DNA of 64,000 nucleotides from Tubiluchus corallicola. Taxonomy: Eukaryota; Animalia; Priapulida. A program made the position numbers and the translations under genes. The DNA is taken from NCBI GenBank assembly GCA_030141605.1, contig JAQGDQ010000612.1, forward strand, positions 64,464 to 128,463, in the 5' to 3' direction. The notes under the pieces are model-generated. The model was not told where the DNA came from, searched no databases, and worked only from the letters and a program-made list of their open reading frames with translations. Shown here one piece after another: positions 1-13,900 of this stretch (the first letter of the stretch is position 1; every line of letters begins with the position of its first letter).

Positions 1-2
1 AG

Positions 3-3000
3 TGAGCTGCATTCCGTGAAGGTGAAGAATTTTATGCTGGACATGATGACGCCGGTCATTGCTGAAGCCGATTCCGTATCTCAGGAGCTACTGGACAGTG
101 TTCTCATTAACATATGTGAACCCAGAAAGGTGTGTTCCTGCGTCTTCTATCAATGTATATAATAAGAAAATGTTGTAGCAAATAAATAAATTTTGTTTAG
201 GCGTTTGTTTGCTAATGTGTTTAGCAATTTAATTAATAGGTACTCGGTATAGTAAACTGATTTATTAATCCTCAGACTCCTAAGTAAAATATAGTGAGAA
301 AACAGACAGTATAATATTTGCGAAACACCCATGTCATTCTGTTAAACTTTGAAGCAAAACAGCTGAATTTTGCTAGAATTTTATTAGTAATGCGATTATC
401 TTGTTAATCTTTTCGTAGACGCATCATAAATACGCTTTTGAGCTGGCGAGGGATTTATTGAAGCGAACAGTAGCAGCACTGGATCAGTACATACAAAATG
501 TAAGTACCGCCAGCATCGTAGTTCATATGTTCTTAATAGTAACGTTTTGAAAATTTAACCAGAATTTATTTGACTGACAAAGAAGTAGTGCGTATCTGTT
601 ATGGAGTTCATTTGAGCAGCTGTGTGAAGCCTAAATGCATGGCCTTCTTAATCTGTTGTGGTTAGACTGGAACCTTGTTTATTATGAAAAATAATCCTTT
701 AAAGTGAGACAGTGAACCAGCAGATGTGTGTCAGCGACGCTGAGATGTTAATGTTATTCCTATGCGAGGGGAACACCCACGATCAGTACGACAAGTGAAA
801 CCGCCCACAGCAGATATTGAGCCCGGGGAGTCAGTCATCCATTCACTGATCAATCTCGCCAATGTTTGGTTGATAAGCACACGCTGTGACTACTTGTTTA
901 TTCCCCTCACCATTGTGCCTTAAACTTAAGCAGCTTTTCTGTGATCAAAATTCACTGAAGTGGACGAATTTTTTTATATGAAACAAACTTTAACTTTATG
1001 GCTCGAGGAATCGTTACTTATCATTTTTTTCTTGTGCAGTTCTTTAACAGTGTTCTGATACTTGGTAAGAAGGACAAGACTGATCTGTCTGGGCACATCT
1101 ATGACTTAATCTACGAACTCAACCAAATCATTCCGCAGATTATGCTTACCATTCTACCACAGTTGGAGTATAAACTCAAAGTAAGTGTTTATAGCATCTC
1201 TATGTGCGCAAAATTGAATGAGTATCTTTGTAACACAATGGCAGATTGTTCTCTCGCATACACCGGTTTATAGTGTCTTGTTTAAAATAAATTTCATGAA
1301 AACTTTATCTTACTAGACACGTGAAATGCCATTGGTTTTGCCTTGTTATAAACTTTTATGCCGATTTGTCTTTCGACACATTTCCTGAGAACTTATTTAG
1401 TGGAAAATGTATTGTTAGGAAACATGACCAAACTTGTGCATCTGTTCAAGAGTAGACAAACAGTCTTACTGGGTATAAGTTGACTTTATAGAAAATGAGG
1501 TGAGAGGCACATTTTAAATTGTTCTTAGTGAATCATTTGCTTGATTTTAACCTAAAGTTTGTTATAATGTTTGACATTGTTATCACTGCTACGTTGCAAG
1601 GACAAATTTCATCTATAAGTGGACAGTGGTCTATCTGACAGCGATCTCTTTACCTTGTCATTTGAAAGAGGAAGTTCTTGTTTTTTTTGCTTTTGAACTG
1701 CTTGATGTGCATTTGTTTGAATGTATCATACCACCAGCACTAAAAATTATTGATTTCATTTAGAGCAATGAAGATAAAGAAAGACTGGACGCTACAAAAT
1801 TACTTGCACGAATGTTTTCTGACCGTGATTCTGACCTGGCAGTGACCCATCCTCAGCTTTGGTCTTGCTTCATTGGCAGGTAATAATGAACAGGTGTTCT
1901 TATTCACAAACTTTTTACTTGTTATTATCGTGTCACAGGGAGAGTTCAGCGTGCGGGGCATTGACAACAGCTTTTCTCATTTTTCGGTACTGCTTTTCAA
2001 TTTTTATTTATTTTTTATTTAAAATTTATTTCATACATTGAAAATGTACATAGTATTATAAAAAAAATTAACCGTAGCTATACAAGTTGTAAAAAAATTA
2101 CAACAGGGCCTAGATAAAATATTTACATACATACATACATGCACAGACACACACACAAACACACACACACACATGCACAAACACAGTAACTTACTGAATG
2201 TTTATCTTATGCTGAACATTAAAATTTGCAGCCTTATTTTGCACTGTTTTTTTTAAACTGCAGAATTTCCATTTCCTGTTGGACTTTCTTGTGCATTTCA
2301 AACTTGTTTGTGCTCGATTTTGTGCAATTTTAAATTACTTAGAGGCTAATTGATTCTGCTGATATTCTACACCCAAGTTCAAAGATGGCTTCACAAGAGT
2401 AATGCATTGTACTCAGGAGCATTGCTACTTTTTGTTAGTGACAAACTGTATGTTTCTTCGCCACATAAATTGATGTTATTGCTAAATATTAAACTACTGA
2501 ACTTACTGCCTGTGATGGTAAGTTTATTGTTAAGGTGAGCAATTGTTTTTTTCTCTAATTTTGCAGCTCATTAAATATGTTAATATTTCCTTCTAGGTTC
2601 AACGATATTAACGTCACGGTTCGAACCCGATGTGTACAATATGCCATGCACTTTCTTGTCAACCAGCCTAAACTAGCAAAAGACGTGTGCGGTGAGTAGT
2701 TTTTGGAGAAAATCAATAATTTACCTGCTCAAAGTTTGTACAATATTTATACTTTATTAAAAAAGGATAAGAGTATGCAACAGTCTACTGTACCCAAGTG
2801 ACGGTTACGGACTGTACGATTTGTTGAGAGTGTTTTCTTCGCAAAGTCTGCTGTACCCAAGTGACAGTTACGGACTGTACGATTTGTTGAGAGTGGTTTC
2901 TTCGCAAAGTCTACTGTACTCAAGTGACGGTTTACGGACTGTACGATTTGTTGAGAGTGGTTTCTTGGCAAAGTCTACTGTACTCAAGTGACGGTTTACG

Positions 3001-6000
3001 GACTGTACGATTTGTTGAGAGTGTTTTTTTCGCAAAGTCTACTGTACTCAAGTGACGGTTTATGGACTGTATTTCATTTCTAGTTGTTTTTTTTCAACAG
3101 ACCAGTTAAAGATGCGCTGCCATGATCCGGAGGAGAACGTGCGTTTCGAAGTCGTCCTGGCGATAGTGGGGGCAGCAAGAAAAGAGATTACCATCGTTTT
3201 GAACAACATTGAAATCCTGGACTATGTGAAAGAGCGCACTTTGGACAAAAAGGTAGTATATTCATATTTAGTCTTAAAAATGTCCTTGAAAATGATTATG
3301 ATTCGTTTCTTGACCGCACTTGGCACGACACATCATGAATTGCTATCTTTCAGCAATAATTCGAAGTAAAGAAACTCTGGTTTTAAAGGCTATGGCAAAT
3401 AGTTACGCACATTTTTCCTATTGACAAAGACTAAAAGGAGGATATTTATAGGCTTATGCAACTGTGCTCCACAAATGTCTTAAAATGTGCGTTAGGGCTC
3501 CCCGTTAAAATTAGCGATGTAGTTGTTAATGAGTGAGCTCATATTTTTATCTTTGGCAGTTTAAAATACGGAAAGAAGCGTTGCTGGGATTAGCTCAGAT
3601 CTACAAGAAGATCATGTCAACACCGACGTTGGGTGCGGAGGATCAGGAGAAGTTCGCTTGGATACGAAACAAAGTTATGCACGCCTACTATCAGCAACAA
3701 CTTGACGATAGGTAGGTGGCGCACTGCAATTGGGCTTGTGTATTTGCAAATTGTCGTATGATTTTAAAACCTTTTACAAAAAAAACCTGATTGAAGAGAG
3801 AAGTAAGTTTCTGTGCTGTCAATATTGTCATTTTATTGAATGATTTTGGTTATTAAAGTTGCAATTCAAAGCAAACTACGTATAAGAAGGTTTTTGCTTC
3901 TCTTCTGCATATTCATATTGTAATAAACTGTATTTGGGTTTTCTTAAATTGATGTTGTGTAAATAAAATACTTTAAATTGAATTAAAGTAGTCTAATCGA
4001 GCACTTGCACATTGACAACATTATTAAGTGTTTTATTAATTACTCGAATATTGAGCATTGTGCAATATGATTTGTGAAATAATTTAAATCAACATTATTG
4101 TCAATGTAATTGATAAAACAAAAATTTGATCAGTAAGAACAGCTCAGTATAATTGATGGTTATACTGTGCGTATGTATACCCTGTAAGAAACAATGTGTC
4201 ATTATCGTGCCGATTTATGTATGTTATTCATCACTATGTATGTAGGTGTTGCTTTATAAGCTGTAGCAAAATAAAGCATCTGGAAATTGCTATTTTAACA
4301 ATTTTTACGTAATTTCATAGCTTAGGCAGTTATAATAGTATTTCATTCGTAAATTTAATTATTCTTAAAAGACACTTGTAGTTATCAGTTGGAAAACAAT
4401 AGTATTTAAAGCAAAACTGTGTGCCGGCAGCTTTGTGTGGATTTTCGTCAAGCGGATAAAAGAAATTTGCATTAATTGCAATTTTCTCTTTTCGTTTGAA
4501 AGAATTGAATACATTTATTTACACTATTATTTATATTTACAATGCTTTGGCGATTGTGTAAAATATATGTTTTGCCGTTACGACAGGTTACTCGTGGAGA
4601 AGATTTTGCACACCTGTTTGGTACCCTACAGTTTAGAAGTGACGGAACGCATGACGCGTCTGTACCAGCTCTATGCCACGGTCGACAATCATGCGTTGAA
4701 ATCTATTAACGAGCTCTTTAAATGTCAGATGGTGTAAGTGATCTTTCTACTCCGTGAAAGACCTATGAAAGAGTGTTTATAGTTCTTAGTATACCTGTGT
4801 TCTGTATACTGAAAAAGCAGGAGTCTCTGATGACCTGGCCGATTTAGAAAGTCCTTCGAATATGTGCAGTGCTCTGTTTTTTGGTGCATTTTTTTGCAAT
4901 TCGAAAAATATTACCTATTAATATTGATAATTTTGCTAATGGACATCAGCTGTTTGTATCTATATAGTTTACCTCTCCAGTGTTTTATTTAGAACATAAA
5001 TTCGATGCTTTTTTTTTAATAATGTAGGCCTAAACTATAAATTCTCAACTTGGATTTGTCCGACAGTGGATCCAAGATTTCTGCTGCCGGTGTGCATACT
5101 TGCTCCACAAAATTTGAATAAATGTTCGACTGCAAGTGTTTGCTTAAGCAGACTGCCGAGTCGATAGTTTTCTTAATTTCATCTCTGTAGCCATCTTGTT
5201 TTCTTTCTTTTTTCAATCCTAGTCACTAAGTTTGACACAGTAATGACAGCGATTAAAATCATTTTATATGTAGCAATTAAAATCAGACAGAACTAATTTG
5301 TTTTTTTTAATCTGGCGTCAACTGTCCTACTTGCTATATCAGCATTTGTTAATACTAAAGTATCTCCATAATGTGTAACAATCAGACTTCCCTATTTGAC
5401 ATACCGTTAGGTCAGCCTGCTGCGAATATATGACCAGCCACTTTGCCAATTGTAGCAAATATTGACAAAATGCCTTTAATTTGTCGGGAGTAATTTTTGT
5501 CCATGGTGTGCCTCTATTCTTGTAAAGTATGATTAGTGAATCAACTTACCATATTAATTGTTCTATGTCAATCTTCACACAGGTTTACGCATCTACAAAA
5601 ACGTTTAAGGCCGTGTGCATCTTCAAAACAGTGTAGATCAAAGAACGAACTATCGAGTATTCGTATATGAACACCTACCTTGTGTCATATTAATATCATC
5701 TACTTGGTTCTTACTAAATGCGCTGTTAGTTTGTCATTCCTTCTCTTCGCTTGTGTTTTTACTTTAATTGCTTGATGTTTGTTTCCAGTGTACGTAGTCA
5801 TGTCAGGCAGCTGGTACAACTTCACCAACAAGAGTTTGATGATGAAACGCAGCAAGCTATACAAGCAAAGCTGTATGTCATTACACGTAAGTAAATTCAT
5901 TTTTACTTTTGTAATTTTCGTTTATAATTCACCTGCCAGCAAATTTAATCCTGCATTTGTCACCTGGGTTGCTTAAATGCAATGCCCTCTTTGAACTCCG

Positions 6001-7839
6001 ACGTGATTGTATGATTTGATTTTTTGCATTTTAATGTATATTTTCCTGAAGTTCAATTAACAGATGTGTTCAAGATTCGTACCAATGACACATACTTGTA
6101 ATACAAGTTATTTTGATAAACTTAAGTTATTAATGTTATTGCTATATTTATGTGTTAACATTTATTTGTTTATTTGAAAATGTGAGAAATTTGCTTAGGT
6201 TTAAAGCCATTATTTAATTTGAGTAATTTTACATTTGGCTAAGTTCAGTCCAGGGGCATGATCAATGTTTAAGTGTGTTAATTTATTCTCATTAATTGAC
6301 CAGTCATCACATGACTCAGTCTGTTACTACCTCACCAAGCCAAGCAGAATCTATTCAAATATGTTGTTTCCCTTGTCAGACAAACAAGCATTTTTATCTA
6401 CAGTCACAGTAGCAGTTTTTATGGGACCTTTGTCAAACATAGAGAATTCTTGTTTTGTATCATGTGACTATCATATAGATGGAGCCACAAACTTTGGTTA
6501 CGCAGTTAGCTTAGCCACAAAAAGATGCTACAAGCCCCGTGACTGGTGATCAGAACTTGTAAAATAATGCGATGTAAAACAAAACTCATTGTGTCGAAGT
6601 TAAACAGTGTGGAGCCTTGCTAGTGACTACATAAGTGTCTGCAGGAAAGCCACTTTTCCAGCACTTTATTTGCCGTAATGTGGCCGCTGTCTATTTAACT
6701 TGTGAGCGATAGAGGAATCTGAACGTTGCTAGGATATTACTACTGATTCAATGTCTCGTAGATGTTTATCATTAGTAACCTAATAGGTCCTGGTACTACC
6801 ACAATTATTTAAGATTAATAGTAGGCCTCGATGTTGAATGCTGGATTGTGGCTTGCAAAAAATGCAATTTAGTAAGTAAGGTCTGGAAATACTACCTTTG
6901 AGTTCTTATAATTAGAGATCAGAGCTGCGCCATTTCAGCTGAGCCTCAGCTGGTTCATTTCTACAGTTGACCTAGCCGATAAGAAACCCAATTTTTGCAG
7001 GCTGCTAAGATTTTCGCTCTTGTGATAATGACAATGCAAATCACTCGTTGAAATATGACATGTTGAAATATTGATTCATCGATAACCAAGATAAGCCTCA
7101 ACAAGAGTTCCATTTAAATTGTATTTGCAATAAATCCATTGCTTTTTTATAATAACAAAAAATTGATCTCTAATGCATTATATGAATTTGTACATCAGCT
7201 TTTTCCTGTGTGTAGGCAACACAAATTATTTAAAAAAACTGTCTCCATGATTTAACAGTTAACTAACAATTTATCATTTAGTTAACAAAAATTCGTAGCT
7301 TTTGCTGACTTAGCTGATTTTTTCTTTAAGCCAACTCAGCTGAAAAGTCTGTCAATCTCAACCGAGCTAGCTGATTTACTGTGTGGGTCAGATGACATAG
7401 TAGCAACTGACTCAACTTTAGCCAAGCTAACTGATTTATTGTGTGAGTCAGCTGATGTAGTAGCAACTGACTCAGCTTCAGCCGAGCTAGCTGATTTACT
7501 GTGTGAGTCAGCTGATGTAGTAGCAAATGACTCAGCTTCAGCCTCTACTTATAATGCCACATACATGCTAGAATAAACATTTAGTTTTGGTCATTAAGGT
7601 TTGTACGTTCACTTGTTCTTGTAGGTCAGTTACCGGATACGGCCAAGGCATCAGAGTACATCAACAAATTCTGCATCCTCTTGCGGGAAGACATTCGAAT
7701 TCGGGCATACATGGAGAAGTTGGTTAGTCCCGACTGCATGTGCAAGAAAGCCGAAGAATGCGTGGTAAGCTTCTGAAAGTGATCACCAGATGGCTGTCGT
7801 GTTGCTCTTCCGTTTGCATCTCATTTCTGTTATTGTCAC

Positions 7840-7911
<72 letters not shown>

Positions 7912-10900
7912 GGCTGTCTTTCAAAGGTTATATTTGCTGTTGTGATCTCATTATTAAAACACATAAATTGTTATCTACGAACTTATCTGATTCTTATGCT
8001 TCCTTTAGAGTATAATTGTTTATTTTGTTGTTGTTGTTGTTGTTGTTGTATTTTACTGTAAAAGCTTCTGGTCTATGCTTTACTGTGACTGTGAGTAGAA
8101 CCTTTCTGCTTCGGATTAACAGTAAATAAAGTGATCTGTTTGTGGTAGAATACAAGGTGTCACCAATGAAAAGGATTTTCCAGATTTGTCACAAAGTTAT
8201 TGAGACTGACTTCCATTTGTGTGTGATGAAATAATGTTGTAGAAATTATGGTCGCGTTTTTCTGCGTAACTTTGTCGGGCTTTTGATTCCATGCTGAGTT
8301 ATTAAGTGTGATGAAAATTATTGTACAATATGATATTGTATAATATTGTACACACGCAGTACCAGAGCTGTTAAATCTTGGTCGGTCTTGTCTGGTAGCT
8401 GATTGCACTGAAGAAAAATGCTTCTACTGTGGTAACCCTGGTTTATATGAATTTGGTAAATTATCGTTCCAGTTTCAGTGGTTGTCGTAAATGTGAGATC
8501 ATCTGGCAACTACTATAGTTTTGTCTTACTTAATTATAGGAAAACCTGCTTACTGTCTGCCTAATGAATAGCGACATTTTATATGTTTTGTATGTGGACT
8601 ATATACTGATGGTTGTAGGTTTGAGAGGGTTACCTTATTGGCTCATAAAATGTTTTCAAGTTGTGGAGAATTGGTCTTTGTTTATAGTTGTTTTTTTTAT
8701 TTGTGTTTTAGAGGGAAGTTTTGAAGAAACTGGGTAATCCAACTCAGAATAATGTCTATTACATGACGATAAAGCAACTGTTAGAGCGGGTCGCCCCGGT
8801 GATGATAGACATGGAAGCCATCTTGGTTTTGCTCAAGTACGTCGACGATTCGGTGAGAGGTATGGGAGAGATTGACGACACGATTGGATGCAGGGGGTCA
8901 GAACGAGGCCTCGACTTGGTGTTGGTAAGTATTGACAAAAGTTGAGAACGTCATAATTGTTGTAATTATAAAAGGCTTCTGGGAAATTGGGCTCATTATT
9001 AGAAGAAGTGAAACCTAGCCACGGGGGGGGGGGGGGGGCAAGCCAGCCCAACTCAGTGCCGGTCCCAAGCCCTGATAAATAGGGAGGGTTAGGGTCAGGA
9101 AGGGCATCCGCCTGTAAAAACTGCGCCAAAACCTTCTATGAATGAGTCGGTGAGACTTAAAGGGAAAGTCCACAAAGGAGTGGTCAGACCCGCTCTAATC
9201 TATGGGCTAGAAGCAGCTTCTCTAAAGAAGACCGAAGAGAAGAAAATGGGTGTGGTGGAGATGAGGATGTTTGAGATGGATGGTGGGAATAACAAGAAGA
9301 GATAAAAATAGAAATAATAATATCAGAGGAACAGTAAAAGTAGTGGAGGCCTCGCAAGATTGCGATAGTATGGGCACCTGAAAAGAAGAGTCGGTGAAGA
9401 TCTTGTGGGAATTGAAGACACAAATGAAGAGATGGTCAACAACAGGAATGCTTGGAGAAGACTCATTCACAACGGCAACCCCGAATAGGGAAAAGCTGGG
9501 AAGAAGAAGAAGAATTATTAGAAGAAGTGTAAGAATTAGTGTGAGAATTTAGCAGTAAAAGTGCGATTAGTGCCTTGTATAATTAGTAAAACCACTTCAA
9601 AGTGCTGATTATTTCTCACTTTGGTAGTCCATTCTTCCACCAATGAAATCACTGAAACAAAGCAGATCACCGTCAATTTGTGTTAAATGTATTACAAATT
9701 TTTGCAAAAAGACTACATAGGTAATTTTCAAGTATTCTTGTGTGAATATTGGGTAAGTTGCAAATGTTTGGATTAGCTTAATCGGCATGCACCTACTAAA
9801 AGCCACCAGTCACATCATATTTTTAAGTGAATGGCGGCTGCCTCTGTGCCACAAAAATTCTATGCAACAATAGTATAATTTAACTTTGTACTTTATAGAT
9901 ACTTCTTTAGCAAATTTCTTTGTTATATTTTCCTAAATTTACAGTAAAATAAACATGAACATAAACATGCTAAATGACTTGTCTTTTCCTTTAAGTGCAT
10001 TATTTCTGTGTCTCGGCTGCAGGGGAGGCTGTGTGTGTGTGTGTGTGTGCGTGCGTGCGTGCAGGCACGCGCGAGCACGCATGCGGGGGCGTGCATACGT
10101 ACGTGTGACGTGTGAGTGTGTGCCACATAGAACACGAGAAATAATTCTTAATGGCGTGAATAAAAATCATTAATAAGAGCTCCCTTAATCAATAAAATGG
10201 AAAAGACACAATGTTTCACGCCATCACTGTGAAGTGTCTTCAGGTGAAAGGAGAAAAAGAAAAAATGCGTAAAAAAATAGAAGAAAGTCTATTAGGCCCT
10301 CATCTTGTGCATTTATATTTTTTCTCTGCTCACCTGAACACTGTGGGAACCACGATAACCGCGGTTACTCTGCTTACCTGAACACCGTGGGAACCACGAT
10401 AACCGCTGTTACTCTGCCCACCTGAACACTGTGGGAACCATGATAACCCCGGTTGCAATATACATTCCATAATTTTCATTCACTTTTCGTTATCATACAG
10501 CTTAAATTTTTGTTTGTTTGATAGTTTGTTGTTTGGCTAGCAGCAGCTCGTATTTTTTGTATGCATGTTTGCTTTAGTATATTTGAAGTTACTAATTACT
10601 TACAATCCAATACACATATATTAAACGAAAACCGGACCCCATTTTAAACTATGGCTTAATATAATCTGCCCTATAATATGTTGCCTGGATCTCGCAAACG
10701 TGTTGCACAAAAACAGGTGCCGTACCTCTCAGTTTAGAGGTGTTCAGTTGTGATGCAGTGCACATGTTCCAGAGCTTCTGCATCAACATAGTTGTAAACT
10801 TGAAAAAAATTTCCAGCTTTTTGTGTATCACTGAATATTGTGCGTGTACACTGAATGTTATACAGTAGCACTGTACTTCAATTTTCGCTTTCACAAACAC

Positions 10901-13900
10901 GCACAACTCACCAACATCACGCACGCTCGTAGAATATTTGTCCTGTTGACAATTGTACTAAGTTGTGATGTCATCATAGTTGAGCTCACTTGCCGTTAAT
11001 TAAATTTTTAACCTATTATTTAATTACCAGATGTAGTTTGGCATTTTTACAGATCTTATAATGTATACTTTTTACTGTACTTTAAAATGGGGTAGGGTAT
11101 GAAAAATCAACCTCTTTTCCTTTAATGTTAATCGAATTCATTTCAGTATAATTACTTATGCAACATCTAAAGTTAAGTTGCATAATATACATACTAGCGC
11201 TATTCTTACTGTCTGTTCAACTAAACGTGCTTAAATCCTAATAGTAATACTGCGCTGTCCCTTCAGATGTTGGCTTCAGTTTATCCGGAAGCCTTCAAGA
11301 CGGAGGAAGCCTTCACGCAGTTGATCATGTTTCTGCGCACGGACGTTCCTTACGCTGTCGACCACACCTTGCAGATATTCGCCAAAGTGGGCCACGAGAT
11401 TGAGCACACTCAACCAAACATTTACAGGTTAGTTGTAGTTTTGCTGTTTTTTACGTGCTGCTCTATGCAGCCGTTGCCATAACTATCGTTGTGTCATGCT
11501 TTTCTCTCCTGTTATTCTTTGAACTTAACAAAATATTTCTACTTTGTTCCTTTAATGCTAACTAAATTTATCTGTACCAGTTGGAAGTCTTTTAGCATCA
11601 CTTCAGGTTCTACGGTCAAGGTCGTGCGTGTGATGTGCAAGTAAAGTTTAAAGGACAAGAAAAGGGGCATCTGCACTAAGTTTCAGAAAAGTCGCCTTAA
11701 AAAATTATATTGCTTTACAACAATTTTATGCACGTATCGTATTCGCATTGAAAGGAATTTTCGTTTGTTTTCATTTTGAATCTCCTGCAATACTGTTCCG
11801 AAGTGGCCATTACAAGACGTCATCTATGCACAACTTAAATCAGGGGAAGAAAAGGCAATGTTAAATTATGATCCAAAAAACCTTCCGTGCAAATCTATAT
11901 TACTTAGCATTTCACTTACGTGCTGGAAAGACTTATGTAACTAGACTAATAATTTTAAATGTTTGTGCCAATTGGTAAAATGTCACTGACTCACCCTTCA
12001 GGGTGCGCCACTCACTAGCCGTAAACGTATTTTTGATCTTATTGACAAGATACAGTAATTTAAAATTTTACTTAATTAGCAACATGCATGCTACGAATGC
12101 TCTGATTATTTTTTCAAAGTTTACTTACGCAATATTCTCATAACTTGTTTCAAACAACCTATGATTAAAATGGCTGCACCTAACGGTCATCGCGGGAGTT
12201 TAAATTTACACATTTTATACAACGTTACGGCCGATGCAAGCCATGCATACGAAAAGGTAGTACGTGAGTGGTATAAAATTTCGTGACGAATTTTTTAAGC
12301 TTTATGTAAGTGGAGGGTTTTCTGGTTCTTTGAGTCATTTTTTATTTTTGTTTTTGTTTTTTGTTTTTGAAGTCAATGAGATTTTCTTTGAGTTACTGGT
12401 TATCACATTGCATCAGGTTTATGTGTTTTAAAACATCTTGACTTTGTTCATTGCAATACACCAACAAAACGGGACGACGTGGAGACGACTCTAGGTCATG
12501 ACAGAGGTTCAAGGTCACGTAATGGTTTTCAGGGAAAATGTGTGAGAGAAACAAAAAAATCTCTGTAGAGCATTACGTCATGAATCAGCAGGCTTCTTTT
12601 TGGTCAGTTCATGCCGAAAGGAAAGAAGCCAGTGTATGAAGAGTAACAGCAACACCTGTATACATCATAAAGTTTCATGAGTAAACCTGCACTCTGATGT
12701 GGAAAAAGTTTAACCGTTTTTTATAAATTCGTTTGTTGGCCTTAAAGTCAGTTTTTCTTTTTTGGATATTTTTGTTTTTTGTCTTATCATAGTTCATATT
12801 TACAAGTATGAGTTTTTGTCTTGTTTCAGTTGCATAGTACCAATCCTGATAAACCTAGCAAAGACGGGCACCCCTCATCAGGCTAAGCATGCCCTGCAAG
12901 CTATACATGCCATTTGCTCAACGAGAGACGTGCTGTTTCAGCAGCTATTTGAGGTAACTTGTTCACTTTATGACGTCAATAGTTGTGTTTGTTTATCATT
13001 CTCGTCTCATAAAGAAATGTGTTGGTTCAACGTAGATAAAGAGAAAGCGAGGTAAGTAAAACAGTAGATAACTAAGGGAATTCAAAATGTTGCCGATTCA
13101 AATAATGCGGCAATAGTTAGTGTAGATGTTTGGTCTGATCGTAAACTGCTGATGTGGAGTCGTAATGACTTCTGAACCTCTGGCTTGAGGAAGAACGGTT
13201 TTCTTTAATTCTGCCAAATTTGTTAGAAGAGAGATTAATTCGTAGACCAGTGCAAAACTAAATTGCAGTAACGACAATGCTCTAGTTCACTTTATACTAA
13301 TTCTAGAGGCAGCACGGCTTTCTCTGCACTGCCTTTTATCTCTTCACTACCTTTTTTTGAATAACTCAAACCCTATGCCAGCTACATTGTATGGATAGCA
13401 AAGTTTATACCTGAGAAGTGTTTGTAAGACACTGGGTAAATGTAATCTAGGTCGTGACTTTGAGACATATTTTCACAGAAAGAAAACTTTAAATGTTTAA
13501 ATTGTTAACAAACTTCACACAAACATTCATACAAAACTGAACAAGACTGTTCAGAAATATCATTAACCCTGTAACACAGTGATGCGGTACACTGAGCAGA
13601 GAAATGTAGAGTTCAAAATTTTTTGTGTTGTATACGAGTACTATAACATAGCTGTAGCATACGACAGATCTAAGGACAGGTATCGGCTTACAAGCTTGTT
13701 TGTATTTTACAGTTTAGCAAAAATCATCTGTTTCTGGACTCTCCTCACTGCTTGACCGCTTTGTGCACCGTCGGTCATCTGGCGTGGTACACACCGGAGC
13801 AGTTTAACCACGAAATGAAGACCATCGTGTCAAAGCAGATTGTCCGAGAACTGCTGATGGAAGATAAGGTAAACTATTACATTTCACAGACTGTTATTTA

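Noticed and set aside
7724-8015. Poly-Asn and poly-Leu ORFs
   Set aside because: Produced by the (TTA)n microsatellite.
10632-11097. Possible MITE with CCCCATTTTAAA inverted ends
   Set aside because: Only a 12-bp inverted match and no clear TSD; insufficient support.
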